A DNA stretch of 63,989 nucleotides, filler included, from Basidioascus undulatus (Eukaryota), in NCBI GenBank assembly GCA_000826855.1. It is 5 parts of 5 records of this genome, joined end to end, with 100 filler letters (N's around TTAATTAATTAA, not from the genome) between each part and the next. Parts side by side here need not be neighbours in the genome. Positions count along the whole stretch, not along the records: positions 1 to 12,959 come from JTLS01000859.1; 4 more parts are not named here. One strand, written 5' to 3'. The notes beneath the pieces were generated by a model, which saw only the letters and a list, made by a program, of their open reading frames with translations, made no database searches and was not told the DNA's origin. Positions 1 to 13,059 of the stretch are shown piece by piece. How positions within the stretch are numbered: the stretch's first letter is position 1; each line of letters starts with the position of its first letter. The translations under genes were made by a program, and so were the position numbers.

Positions 1-3000
1 CCCCCCCCTGTGCCGCATTCGCGTTTCGCGTTTCGCTTTTCGTTTTCGTATTCGTTTTCTTTCCGCTCTGTTTGTGCTTGCTCATTCAAGTTGCGCTGCG
101 TTGCGCGTTACACAATGCCAGGTTTGCTGAGGTGCTGCTGGTGATGCGATTGACATTGTCTGTGCATCTTGTGGGTAGGAGAGAGGTCGCAAGACTGCTG
201 CACTAACTGCTCCACAGGCGGTTGCGTTCCGGGTCGAAGGAGTAGTAACACAGCTTTGGTTAGAGGGAGAAGTTGGTAATGACTGAGGATGCGAGGCAGC
301 TCCCTCGGTACCGCCTTGAAAGTGGGCATGCGGTCTGCGAACGTTGCATCGTCGGAATTCAACAGGTATATATATCACAGCACCATGTTCCGCGCCCTCA
401 TATTGACTCGCCCTGTAGACCCAATATCATTCTTGCCATGCCTTCCTAAAAGAACGCTGAAAACGCACCTCGGCTTCGAATTCAGGACGTCTGCTTCGGG
501 GCCACAGGCTCCCACTGGTTCGCGCACCGCGGCCCGCACTTGCAGTGTCCGCTCTTCTTGCTGCGTACCAAATTATGCATCAAGCATCAACACTAGCTCC
601 TCGAAAGAGGGTAAAGATGGAAGAGGGGGAACCGGGGAAGAGGCTTACTCGTCCATGGAGTGCTCGCACGCCGCAGACTCGTCGCACATGCATCCGCACC
701 GCTGCGTGCAAGGTGTGCACGTGCACTGGCGAGAGGCTTTGGAGGGGTCCGGGGCGTCGCAGGAACAGGCCTTTTTGGGGGTTCCAAAGAAAGATAGAGG
801 GGGAGAGTCAGAGGCTGCAGTGCTTGAGGTCGGAGGCCTGGGCTGAGGGTGGGTTGCGGAGTGTCTAGCTCACCATATTTCAGGTGTAGGTCCGTTAAGT
901 AGTGCCGAGTCTCTCGGGCGAATACAAACACACGGTAGGATCGGTTGAAGTAAGGAGGAGCAATTGCAGGGCGAGAGGAAGGAACATAGGAAATCGTCAA
1001 GTCGAAGTGGGGAGCGTCATTCATCAGCTAGAGTTTGCACCTAGCTGTGAGTCGGTGCCTCAGCTCTCAAAGATTGATTATCCGGCGTTCCAAGCGGTCT
1101 TGTATATGTTGATCAAGGACGTGCTCGCGTCGGTCTCGCGTTGTCCGATGTACGAATGAAGATGGAATTCTAGAGTGCCCGAGCAGGGGCCGCATCCCAA
1201 GGTGAGCTCCGCCTGTATGTCACCCTGACAGATTTGCTCTTCTTACGAACACCCTTGGCTAATCATAATACCTTGTATTTGTCCACAGTGTGTATTGAAC
1301 GTTTCAGCCCCTCCCTGCGTTCGCTGGGTCGAGCGCGGGGAATCCTTTCCTTGTTCACACAGGGGTGCATACGTCTACAGAAAGTCAGCTTGCATGGCTA
1401 ATGTATGAGCTTCGCAACGAAAATTTCAATCGAAACCGAGGCCGAGAACCTGCCATGCCTAAAGACCACCCTGTTTGTCTCTAGTCAGGCATCTGTGCGC
1501 TGTATCTTGTTGTATCTGTGCACTGTGTGAGACTGCTTGCCGAAGTCTGCTTGCAGCTGGTGGAAGGCGAACTCCAAGGCGTACATCCAACAGATTCCAA
1601 CAAGACCTTTAGCATCCAAGCCAGACGGACAAAGATGCTGTCGATGTTAAGTTGCGGCCTTCGACAACGAAATGTGAGGAAGCCACATAGCAACGAAGTA
1701 CGACACTCACTGCGGTCGCTTGCTCGACTGTCTCTGTCAGGAATATCGTGCCGGGGATAACAGAAGATGTGGTGTTGGCTTGTGAAAACCCTGCTGGTCA
1801 ACGGAGATCTTGCGGCTGCCTGTACGCATGATCACCTGGACTGCTGCACCTGGATACAGCACTTGACTACAAATAGGCTTATATTTCCGTCTTTTATACC
1901 ATCCGGCAGTACTGAGAAAAAGCGAACAAAACACCTTCTTGGTTCAAGCAGACACGGCTGGCTGCCAGACACGCGACACCTCTCCTCGTCGCTCCGCGAC
2001 CCCTTCCGCTCCCTTTCGCTTGCTTTAGATTCGTCTTGGACGTAGCCTTCCGACTCACTGAAAGATTCCTCAAGTTGACCTCTTTGAAACCCTCCAACCG
2101 TAAAAACTTTACCAACAAAGGAAGAGCAAGCAGTGCTCGAGCACTCTGCATTCGATCTCGGCAGTTATATTCTTCCACGCGTGCACCAGGCACCCCTTGC
2201 GAGCAAGCGTCCCCTCGAAAAGTTTTGCTCACCGCTCGCTCTTGGACTGCACCGTATCGCGATGCTGGCCCAAGACTTGGGAAGCGCGACCCTAAATGAC
2301 TGAGACACGCGTGCTATCACTGACGGAGGCTTTGGGGCGATCGGCGAGGTGCGTGGTTGGGTGGGTGTACTTTATTGGTCAGCAGGAGGGTTCGCCGCCG
2401 TTCTCATTCTCTCTCAACCACTCCACTGCCACCTCGAGAAGACTTTGAAGCTCACGGTTGGTTGGCCAAGTTATTAGGATTTCATCTGCACGATTGAAGT
2501 GCCTCGATGCAGACGCGCTCACGGTACTGCAAGCGTTACGGACGTTGTGCGACGGAGCCAGCCATGTGCACCCAAAAGTGGGCAGAGTTTCCAACGCGCT
2601 AGCGCCGATCTACGAAAACCGAGAACATGCCTGCGCTAATCATCATCGACCATCATCCCAGGAAGATCTCCATGGCGATGATCAACCCGCACGGTGACAG
2701 GCATGGGGATGCCCTCGCTGTTAATGACGAGAAAGGAAGTGACTACTACCCACGCCAAGACTTGCAATGCAGCGGGCGAATGCACATTTTCAGCACTGCC
2801 ACTGCATTCCCATGCGGACTAAATGAAGACGCGTCGGGCAGTCTGTGCAGAGTGTGTCCGTGGGCCGAGACCCGAGTTTGATCTCGCCGCCCGGCTAGAG
2901 GACACGCGGGCGGCGGGCGGCGGGTGCGCAGAGTGGGCTCGGGGAAATGGGATATGAGAAAGCCAAGGAAGGAGTGACAGTGTGAGTGCATGAGTCGACG

Positions 3001-3530
3001 GTGCTCTTGCGAGTGGAAGACTGTTTGTTTGCTAACAGGCCTGCCTAGCGCATACGTTGCCTCTGAATAAATCGTATAGAGTGGAAATATAGTGTGGAAT
3101 GGTACATGAGTCTGAAAGCATTATTCATGGCATTTGGCTGTACATGGACTGCGAATCGGACGTCGGACGAGGCGGGCTAGCTTGACGTTCGCGCTCTTGG
3201 TCCGCCTCGCCTTGCTCTGGCTCTGGCTCAGGCGTGGTTCCCCTTGCCTTGCTCGCCCTCGCCCGTCCTTCCTTGCCTTTCCACGCTTGCTCCTCCCATC
3301 CGCGCCCTCATCCTCCCCATCGCCGCCGCCCCCGCCGCCATCCCCGGCCTACCCACAATCAATCCATATTTACCCCGCACACGATACCCCCCACCATCTG
3401 CGCCCCCACATGCCGGCAACGACGACTCCGCTCACGACCACCTGAGCTGCCGCTGCTGCTGCGCCCCCGCTGCCGCCCATACTACTCTCCCAATCTCACC
3501 GAATCCCCAGCCCCTTCCCTCCCGACCCCG

Positions 3531-6500
3531 ATGTCGGTCGTCACCGCGACGATGCACCACCCGCCGCTTCCCCCGACGCAGCACCAGCCCGCCTCGCACG
3601 GCCTGCACCCGCCTCCAGTCCAGTTCAAGGGCGGCGGCCCGCGTCGGGGGAGCATCGCGCGCGTCGACGTCGTGGGCGAGCGCTTTGGAGGATGTGAGTG
3701 TGCTTTCTTCCCTATATGCGTTTCGAGGGAGCAGAGATGCGGTCATTCGGCTAGGTCGTTCCCTGGCTTGGGCGCAGCAGGAACACCGGTCGCGCACGCG
3801 AATGTCTTCCTTGTCCTGCCTCACGTCGGCAAAGCAGGCATATGTCTATGCTGTCGCAGTCTACGCTTAAATTCCCGGTCGAGCGAGGCTCGAGGCGCCA
3901 GAGACTCTGAAGGAGTCGGTACGGTGCTCGAGCACATCGCAGGCGCGCATCTAGTGCCGGTGCACCAGTGCACCTCGCGCTGCTTTCTTCGGACACTTGG
4001 CAAAGTATTCGCAGGCGTGCGGATGGGAACGCTTCTGTATGTGCGATGGGATGTGTCATTAAAACGCCAGGCCTGGCGAGGCCCCGGCACGCGTCTAGTC
4101 GAGGTTTCACAGCGCGCGAAGCGGTGGGCCACCTTGCCTCGCGTCGTCGATGCCTCGCTTCATGCGGGCTTCACGCTCGCCCTCCTACCGCATTACTGCT
4201 TCTCCTCACTAGCATTCGTTCATTTCATTTCCCAATCTCGACCGTATCCCCACCCCACCTATACCCGGCAACGATATCGGCAGCGCGCGCGATGCCCTCT
4301 ACAGCGGGGGTGCGCCGCCATTCGGACTCGCATCTTCCTCCAGCCCTCGCTGCTTACCTCGCTCACCTGCGCGCCAACATCGGCACGACACCCTTCCAAG
4401 CGTATCATCCGTTCCGAGCGCTGACCCGGTCTCCCCTACTCTGCCCATACAGCAACACCTCGAGTCTACACCCCAATCAAGGAGGTCGGCGATGGCTCGT
4501 TCGGCACTGTATGGCTCGCCGACTGGAAGAGCCCGCCGCTGCGAACGACGGACGGGCACGAGGTCGGGATGAGCGACATGCAGAAGTGCGTGGAGCTACG
4601 CTTGGTTGGGGAGCTGCCAACGGACTGGACTGATGCGGGATGCAGGAATGGCGGGACGAGACCCGACTGGGCGGGCAAGCGGCTTGTCGCCGTGAAGCGC
4701 ATGAAGAAGGCGTTCCAGGGCGGGTGGGCTGAGTGTGAGAAGCTCAAGGAGCTCAAGGTGCGTTCCACTCTCGCCGCGGTCCGTTCTCATCGCGAGCATG
4801 CTGAACCCGCCCGCACCTTTAGTCCCTCATCACCATCCCCTCCCACCCTAACCTCATCCCCCTCTATGACGCCTTCCTTCACCCGACCTCGCGCGAGCTC
4901 TACTTCGTCTTCGAGTGCATGGAGGGCAACCTCTACCAGCTCACCAAGTCACGGCGCGGGCGACCACTCGCAGCCGGGCTCGTCGCCTCGTGCTTCCGGC
5001 AGATGGTCGCCGGCCTCGCGCACATGCACCAGCACGGCTACTTCCACCGCGACATGAAGCCCGAGAACCTCCTCATCACCACGACCGGTCTGACGGACTA
5101 TCCTTCCCCGACGGGCCACGGCGTCGAGCGCGACGTCACGATCGTCGCCAAGCTTGCCGACTTCGGCCTCGCCCGGGAGATCAAGAGCAAGCCGCCGTAC
5201 ACCGAGTACGTCTCGACCCGGTGGTACCGTGCGCCCGAGGTCCTGCTCCGCTCGCGCGACTACTCGGCGCCCGTCGACTTGTGGGCGCTCGGAACGATCC
5301 TCGCAGAGATTGTCAATCTCAAGCCGCTGTTTCCGGGCCAGAGCGAGGTCGACCAGGTATTTCGCATCTGCGAGGTCCTTGGGGACCCGGGCGGCGCGTA
5401 CGGCGTCGACGAGCGCGGGCGGAAGCGGGGCGGAGGCGACTGGGACAAGGGCGTCAAGATGGCAAAGGCGGTCGGGTTTCAATTCCCCAAGGTTCGTCGC
5501 TGCTTCACTTGTCTAGGCTCGTGGGAATTTCGGTGGCAGTATGTTGATCGCAACGGGGTGATGTAGATCAACCCTCTCCCTCTCGCGACGCTCTTCGACT
5601 CGTCCGCCCCCACGAGCCTCATCGACCTCGTCGCCGACCTCCTCCGCTACGACCCGAAGACGCGCCTCACCTGCACCGGCTGCTTCGAGTCCCCCTACTT
5701 TCGCGACTTCTGTGCCCGCGTCGACCCCAGTCACCCCAACTACCCGCCCGCCGTGCGGCATTCGCACCACCACCACCACCACCCTATACCCCCGCCGATC
5801 TCCACTCGCGCACCGCTCCCTCCCGAGGCGAACGCGATGCAGGGCCAGAGCCCGCGGCACCTTCCGCCCTCACACGCCTTCAGCCCCCACCCGACCAAAC
5901 CGACCTTCGCGGACGGCGCCGACCCGGCGGGTCGGAGCCTCCCTCCGCCCCACTCACCTTACGCCGCGACCGCCCCCTACTCTCAACAACAGCACCATCC
6001 CTCCTACGCCCCCGGCCTCCAGAAGGTCCCCTCCACCGAGTCCTTCCACTCCGGGCGGTCCTTTCATTCGGGCGCCTCCGTTACCACCTTCTCCACTCCC
6101 GCTCTCACCAACGGCAGCAGCACCGATGCACCGCCCATGCCCGCGTACCTCGCGCTCGGCGACCTCGCGAGCTACGGCGCGCGTCCACGGCCACCGTCTC
6201 CCGACCAGAGCTCCATCTACTCGGTCGGTGGCGACCGTGCGTCGAGCATCTTCGGTCCGCGCCCGCACGCGCACGACCGGACAGCGTCGCTCTACTCTAC
6301 CTCGACACCCGACAGCGGCCACCGCAACTCGGTTGCGCCGACGACGAGCGACTACGACGGCTCGATCTACGAGGGCAACTCGGTCGGCGGCGCGCGCTCG
6401 TTCGTCTCGTTCAACTTTAGGGACTCGTTCGCGTCGGGCATGTCGGGCGCCGCGCCGCGGACGATCTACGACGACGACCTCTCGTACGACTCGCACATGG

Positions 6501-8049
6501 CCGATGCGTCCTCGTCCCCACCGCTGCCGCCGCCTCATCTCGAGGAGCCTCCGCCCGCGGCTGTCGCGCCGGCGAAGCCGAGCAAGGCGAGCAAGTGGCT
6601 CGGCGGTGTGTTCGGCGGCGGCGGCAGCGACGCAGGAAAGGCGGACGGCTACGCGCAGTCGAGCAAGTCGATCGCGGGCGGGTCGCTCTCGCTCAAGCGG
6701 ACCGTGTCCGGCACGCAGCCCAACAAGCCCGAGACGATCCCAGAGAATGCGGTGCTCGACCCGAAAAAGGCCAAGCGTGAGGCGGAGCGGATTGCCAAGG
6801 CCGCGGAGAAGGCGCGGCGCGAGGAGCTCCAGCAGCAGCAGCGCGAGCGCGCGCGCGCGGTGCTCAACAAGCAGAAGTCCATGTCCCACTCGCCCGGAAC
6901 CCTCTCAGACACCCTCTCGCCCTACATGACAATGCCCCTCCCGATCAACCTCAACATGCTCCCTACCCCCGGCGACAAGCACCACCCGTTCAACAGCGAC
7001 AAGGCGTCGGTCTACTCGCGCGCACCCAGTCACGCCGCGCATCGCCCCGACAAGGGCAAAGCTGCCGCTTCTGAGCGCCATCACAGCCACTCGCAGCAGC
7101 AGCAGCAGCAGCCCCAGCCGGCGCAGCAGCAGCAGCCTGGCGGGCAGCACCCGTACGGGCAGTACGCCCCGCAGCATCCCCACGCCATTCCCCCTGTGCA
7201 CGACCTCGACGACTCCCGCCTGCGCGATCTCGCGTTCTCGCAGCATCGGAGCAAGGCGCGGAGACGGGACGACGACGACGACCACTCGATGTCGAGCTTC
7301 GACGCGCGCAGCGTCAGCCGGCTCTCTTTCGCCTCGTTCGCGACCGAACACTCAGACCCGGGCCCGGCCCGCCCGCCACGGCACGCGGGGCACCCATACT
7401 CCATCCACCGCACCGCGAGCCACTCGTCCATCCGCACCGCGGGGTCGAGTCCGCACCTCGGCGGACACGGGCACGCACACGGGTACGCCGAGTTGACACG
7501 TTCGAACGTCTCGGTCGACTCGCAGCTCGTGCAGCACATGCAACAGGCGACCGTCGGCTCGCCTGTGCCCACGCCCGCGGGCGTGCGGTTGCCGGAGTTT
7601 GGAGGGTCGTCGGGCGGCGGCGGCGCAGGCGTTCAGCTGCCCTCGATTCAGTCGCTCCATGCGGGGATGGACTTCGACTCGCGATTGCGACCGCTTGGGC
7701 AAGGGCCCGGGCCAGGCCCGTCGTCGCCGCACGCGATTAACCCAATATTCCAAGTGGTGCGTCTCATGTCTTTACTCGTCCTCTTTTCGACCGTAACGAA
7801 GCTGATGTATGACTGTTGGAATCGATACAGCCCGACCCACGACAAGCATCAACGACAACTCTCCCGCCCTTCTCGCACATCGCAAACTCTGCAGACTTCT
7901 CGCCACACTCCCCTGGACCCCATTCTGCATCCTCCCCGCAGTCGAATCCGTCTAGCTCCTCGCCGCCGCCGGGCGGATACCCCTCCTCGCCCGATCCACC
8001 GCACCTCCAGCCGCCGTCGCAGCAGTACTATGCTCGGCCGTCGTCGTGA
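3531..8049 (+). CDS. IME2: Ime2/Crk1 (MAK/ICK-family) Ser/Thr protein kinase, multi-exon
   Basis: Spliced kinase motifs [15 protein letters not shown] (about 4480), [27 protein letters not shown] and [16 protein letters not shown] (the TxY loop of the MAK/Ime2 family). A long Pro/Ser/His-rich C-terminus follows, with a charged segment [23 protein letters not shown] 3531 starts an exon 1 that is phase-compatible with the acceptor at 4452. Stop TGA at 8047-8049 after the last intron. Confidence 0.92.
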
Positions 8050-8971
8050 TTGCCCTCCCCACGCCACCTCCTCTTCTCGTCTTTGTTCCCCTATTCTCAT
8101 TAGTGCCTGCATGTCAGCGCTCATCCGTCCCACTACCACCCACGCTCCTTGCGCGTCTTTATATCTTCCCGATATCTCTCGCATCGCATACCAGCGCTCT
8201 CACCCAGCACACTCTCTTTCCTGACCCCACTCTTTCCAATTTTTCACTTCCCGTCGGGTCCTGTTCTTTACCCTTATGCTCCAGTCCTTCCCGCTTCGCT
8301 TATACCACTTCCTATCCTGTCGTCTTCTTTAAGAACACCCCCCCCCAGCTATTCAGGAACACGAGGACCGCACTCGGCATGCCCGAACGCACCATCCGCT
8401 TCTTCGTTTCGAATCTCGATGGTTGTTCTTCTCCCTACCTTTCATTGTTCGGTGGATCAGTCATGGCGCGCCTTTTCCAAGTCTCATCGCCGTCGTTGCT
8501 TTACCCCTGTAATTTCTCCTGCGCACCGCTACCTTTCGGGCCTCGCCATCATCATTGCACAACCATGTTTTGCGTCGGTGCTCTGCTTTCCGCGCTGATC
8601 ATACGAAGTGCACAATGAAAGATAGCAGGCAGCACGCGCGCTATGCCTACGTAGCGACATGTGTCGAGATGTCCGGGCACGGGCACACCGATAGCCGTTC
8701 ACGCTGATCTGAGCGCCACAGTTCCTCGGGACACTCCAAATGTGGCGTCATGGACTACTGGATCAGGAGCAAAGATGTAGAGCCACGACATTCAGACAGG
8801 CATCACCTTCTGTTGTGCTGTGAAATGAGGTAGTCGTGGTACGGTAGAGCCAGATAGAAGGCTAACGCCGCTCAGCCGCAGTGGCATAAGCCTGAATCTA
8901 TGCAGACAGATGGAAATATCGTAGCAATACCGACCACACATTGAACCTTCGGAACCAGCAACGGCCACTCG

Positions 8972-10953
8972 TCACTTTCGATGTTCACCCGACTCGGCCG
9001 ACTCGCCGGCAAGCGTCCACGCCTGCGATGCAGCCGTGATATGGCGACCAACCGGGCCTTGCTCGACGGACCCGTTCAATTGGTATAGTCTTCGGGAAGG
9101 TTCAAGATTTTCGCCGACATTCTCAGAGGGAACCCCTGATGAGCAGCGGAAGATCGTCAGCCCCGGGTAAACCATGCGAAGACCAGGCGGTCTATGTCGC
9201 TGACCTGTACGCTGAGGGCGTGATACAAAGAAGAACCTGTACGATGCGCGTTGGTCTTCATTTCGTTTATGTCAGCCTTGATGAAACGTAGAGCACGCAC
9301 GTGAACGGGACCGCAAGGATCAGAGCACCTGCGTATTGAAAGTGCCTGAGCTCCTGCGCGTTACGGCAGTCCTTTGCAGGCGCGACATTGGCTTACCGAC
9401 GACGTTTCCGAGGAAAGCAGGGATAAGTGAGTGGTAGATGAAGAACCCAATTGAGATTTCAGCGCCCGACAGCATGCCAACGGGAACTGCGAGAGAGATC
9501 AAGTAAGGTGAAGGTCTGTGAAACATCGCAGGGGCTAAAATCCTCACTGATGTACATGTTTGCCACGACGTCTGTATACCAGGTTTCAGTCGTTTCCCTA
9601 TCTCAAATTGGGATTGACTTTGGGAGGTGAGAAGCTGCCCTACGATCGTAGCCAAGTGCCACGACTGCATTATCGTGGAAATTAGTCACACAAACAAGAT
9701 CGGGCCACCGGGTAGGATGCAGGAACTCACAAGCCCAGATCGGCATATGCAACCCCAGAATCTTGCTGGCGGTCTCGCGGGCTGAGGCACTCTGCCAGAT
9801 GGCGATGTTGACGAGGATGTTGCATCCAATTGCACGAATGAAGCTATGGCCGGTCCATTACTACGCAGCTCGCCATCGCGAAGGTGGAGTTGGTAGGTAC
9901 TCACATCTGATGCCACTGAGGGGTTACGCATTTAGTCACAGCTGCAGCGGCGACCTCTTCGGCGTAATGTCCACTGCATGTTATACTATGCGTGAGCATT
10001 GTCGGAGTGCAGCTGCACACACACGCAGAGAGCAACCGACGTGAACACATCGGCGTCTGCGAGGATGGTGTGTTAACTCCAATGTCTAATCAAGCACGCA
10101 CGGCCGCTACTGACAGTGAATCATGATCGCGGCACAGAAGAGGGAACCTGCAAGGTTTCCGAAGAAGACGATGAACCACTGAACAGTACGGTCAGAGCTC
10201 AGCTTCGAAGAGTGCCCAGACGCCTGCAAAGGACTGCGACTGCGCGCGTACATTCAGAGCGAGACCCCACAAAGGCACATGGCGGTGGATCGCTGCCATC
10301 TGAGGAGCGTCGTCAACCAACACGCTCACCGTCCTGGATGAATTTGACAAACTGGGAATATCTGATGACTCGGCTGGCTGTCAGCGCATGACCGGTGGCG
10401 CCAGGATCACTCGGAACACACCATCATGTTCGAAGTGAGGAGCTCCTGTCCGGTCAAGACTATCGAGATGATACCAAGAGGGAACACAAAGGCCGAAACG
10501 ACCTGATCCACCACAGCTTTCCGCCTTGAAATTACCATCGTGAACAAGTGCCGGACCTAGATGCTCACCTTCAAGAGTCCTGGGTTCGCCTCTTTGAGGG
10601 AATCACTACCGCTGGAAATGAGCTGTTGGCCCGTTGGACCTCCTATGAGCAAGGGAATAATACGGCCAAAGTTATCGAGGACTAACCTGGTAGAATGCAG
10701 CCCCGAGCCCCAAGAACAGGCCGGCCAGAACAGCTTTGCAGAACGTCGTCGCTGGGTGCTGTCGGTGCTTTGCGATGGCTGACCGTATCAGAGCTTCACC
10801 AGTGAGATAAGGAGTAAGGGAGTCAGATCCGGACGGCTGAGGCGATCCAAGAGACTCGGGTGCTCTGTTCGCAGCTGCTGGCGTCGCTTTCGGTGGCGTT
10901 CTGGTCGTCGGGAGAACCGAGTCGTGAGACGAGGGTAGAGTTGGGAAGGTCAT
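8972..10953 (-). CDS. Formate/nitrite transporter (FNT family), many short exons
   Basis: Spliced segments KAVLAGLFLG, FVFPLGIISIVLTGQELLTSNMM, WFIVFFGNLAGSLF, RAIGCNILVNIAIW, FVALGYDHVVANMY (conserved FNT channel His) and LIPAFLGNVVG. ATG at 10953, stop at 8972. Confidence 0.9.
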
Positions 10954-12959
10954 CGCGAGAGAGTTGTGTAAGTTTTAAGAGACTAATGGGGAGAAGAAGA
11001 GCTTGCGGATAGAAGGATGACTGTCGAGTATAGGATGAGAGCAACTCGACCAATTCGGTAACCCGGCCCCAAGCGCAGAGCAACAAGTCGCACGTCCACA
11101 GCATGATAGCCACTGGTCAGGCGACCGGAGACGTGATCTATCTGAAGCTGAAGAGTGTATTTTTTGATAACCCACACGAGGCACAACTCATGAGCGAGGG
11201 TCAGGTGGAGCAACGTCAACGGCACGGCGTCGCTGTCCATACGATCATCGTTGCCGGGCAGCGTCTTAGCGCACACTAGGCAACTCGTGATCAACAGCCT
11301 ACATTTCACCACGACTTCACCGCTACCGGCACGTGGAGGTAATTCTAGGCGGTATAATGTTCACCATCCGAGGCGGATAATGAACGGAGTCTTTCAATTC
11401 TGAATCTGGCTGATGGAGTGTGTCCAGCGGGAGCAATGACCTCTGCAAGTAAACCTACACGCCAGTTGTCTGGTGTACGCATCCAAGCGGGCTGACCTGT
11501 TCTCTAAGTCGTAGGTCTTTTGACCGGTTCTGTGTAACATAGTGGATCACAGGCTGCTGGACGTAAGCAGACATCGAACTGGTGGTGCTCACCGCCCTCT
11601 CGACAGCACCAGTTGGGCATTGCATGCCTGGTGGGTACTAGCGTATGCATGTAAAAGCTCAAATTATGAAATAAGTCATTGATTGTGCCACTGAGCTACC
11701 CTCGCGGGAAAAATTCCAGCGGCTGAGGAAGAACAGGTCACTTTGCCGACCTCAGTTCTGCATAATGCCGGTGATGATGGGTGCCAACCGGGCCTAGGAA
11801 ACAATTTCAACCCAAGACTTGAGCTACTTAAGGACAACATATTAGTCTGCTGCAAACACCAACATTCCACCTTCGGTTGTTGCCTGTCCAAGTCCACAGT
11901 ATGTCAACACTCCATGTGCGCATGTGCGAGCTGCCAGTCGCCATGATGCTTTCTGAACTACCATCTTTTTAGCACAGAATTTGCCTTCGAATTTTGGAGA
12001 CTTACCCAAGAGCATTTGTTTCTGTTGACAGCAATACGGAGTAGTCACCGGTTCTTAGGCCGGTTCTCAGGCCGGTGGCGGTAGATGAGGGGTCGAAGCT
12101 GTTGTCGTATCAAGCTCGGACGTCTCTATCAACGATTGTGCCTCTTTGACGAAATATTGTCCGCTAACATGCGTTATGCATGCAGGTACAAAGTATCACG
12201 ACAACCTATAGCCTTCCTGGTGTCGATGTTGGGGGTTACCTCCTGCAAACACATACGCTCGCAGTTAGTGACAATGCTTACTTTGCAAAGGGTGGAACAA
12301 GCCCTTTTTAAAACCAAAGTACCACTTAAAGTCTACCCGACTGTAGGGAAGCAGACAATTTGGGTTTCTGAGTGGCCGTCAGCGACGGAGGTCGGTCAGC
12401 AGCCGCAAATCGGCCTGCTAACATTGATCGACCTGCAAAGCGTTGTAGCTACCAATCAAGTGAACATCCTTCAAGTCTTTAACAATATTTATTTTACTTC
12501 ACGCCGAACTAAGATACCGTCCAAGCAGTCTTACACTCAGCAGTGCTTGCCCTTCCAGCGCTGGACTTTGCTAGCACTCATTTCCTCACCGAGTCTGTGT
12601 TCATTCGTCACCTTTCCGAGCTTCCTGCGTCATAGTCTCCCTGTATATGTGCATTTTTCTTCAAGTAAACAATTTTCAGAGTGTCGAAAGACCGCACGGC
12701 ACTTGCGCCTCGGCTAACAGGCCAGCGTCTCGCTCCCGCCTACAGTGCCTACAGTGCCCCCCACCGCTTCTTCGCACGTCGCCCGCCTATATGCAGCTCT
12801 CTCAAGTCCTAGTTACCCTTACCCTCCCATTACTGTAACAAAACCCTGCGAGCAAGTGATGAAGTGGTGCACTGAGTCACCGGCACCACTGGGCCGAAGC
12901 TGAGGTTGCTCCTGCTCGGCTACCCGGACCTCAAGGCCCGCCTCGAGAAGGAGGGCAAG

Positions 12960-13059
12960 NNNNNNNNNNNNNNNNNNNNNNNNNNNNNNNNNNNNNNNNN
13001 NNNTTAATTAATTAANNNNNNNNNNNNNNNNNNNNNNNNNNNNNNNNNNNNNNNNNNNN
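12960..13059. other. Artificial contig spacer N44-TTAATTAATTAA-N44
   Basis: Exactly 100 nt with stops in all six frames; identical to the other three spacers. Confidence 0.98.

Noticed and set aside
12048..12080. CCGGTTCTYAGG tandem repeat
   Set aside because: Two and a half copies only, with no associated element detected.
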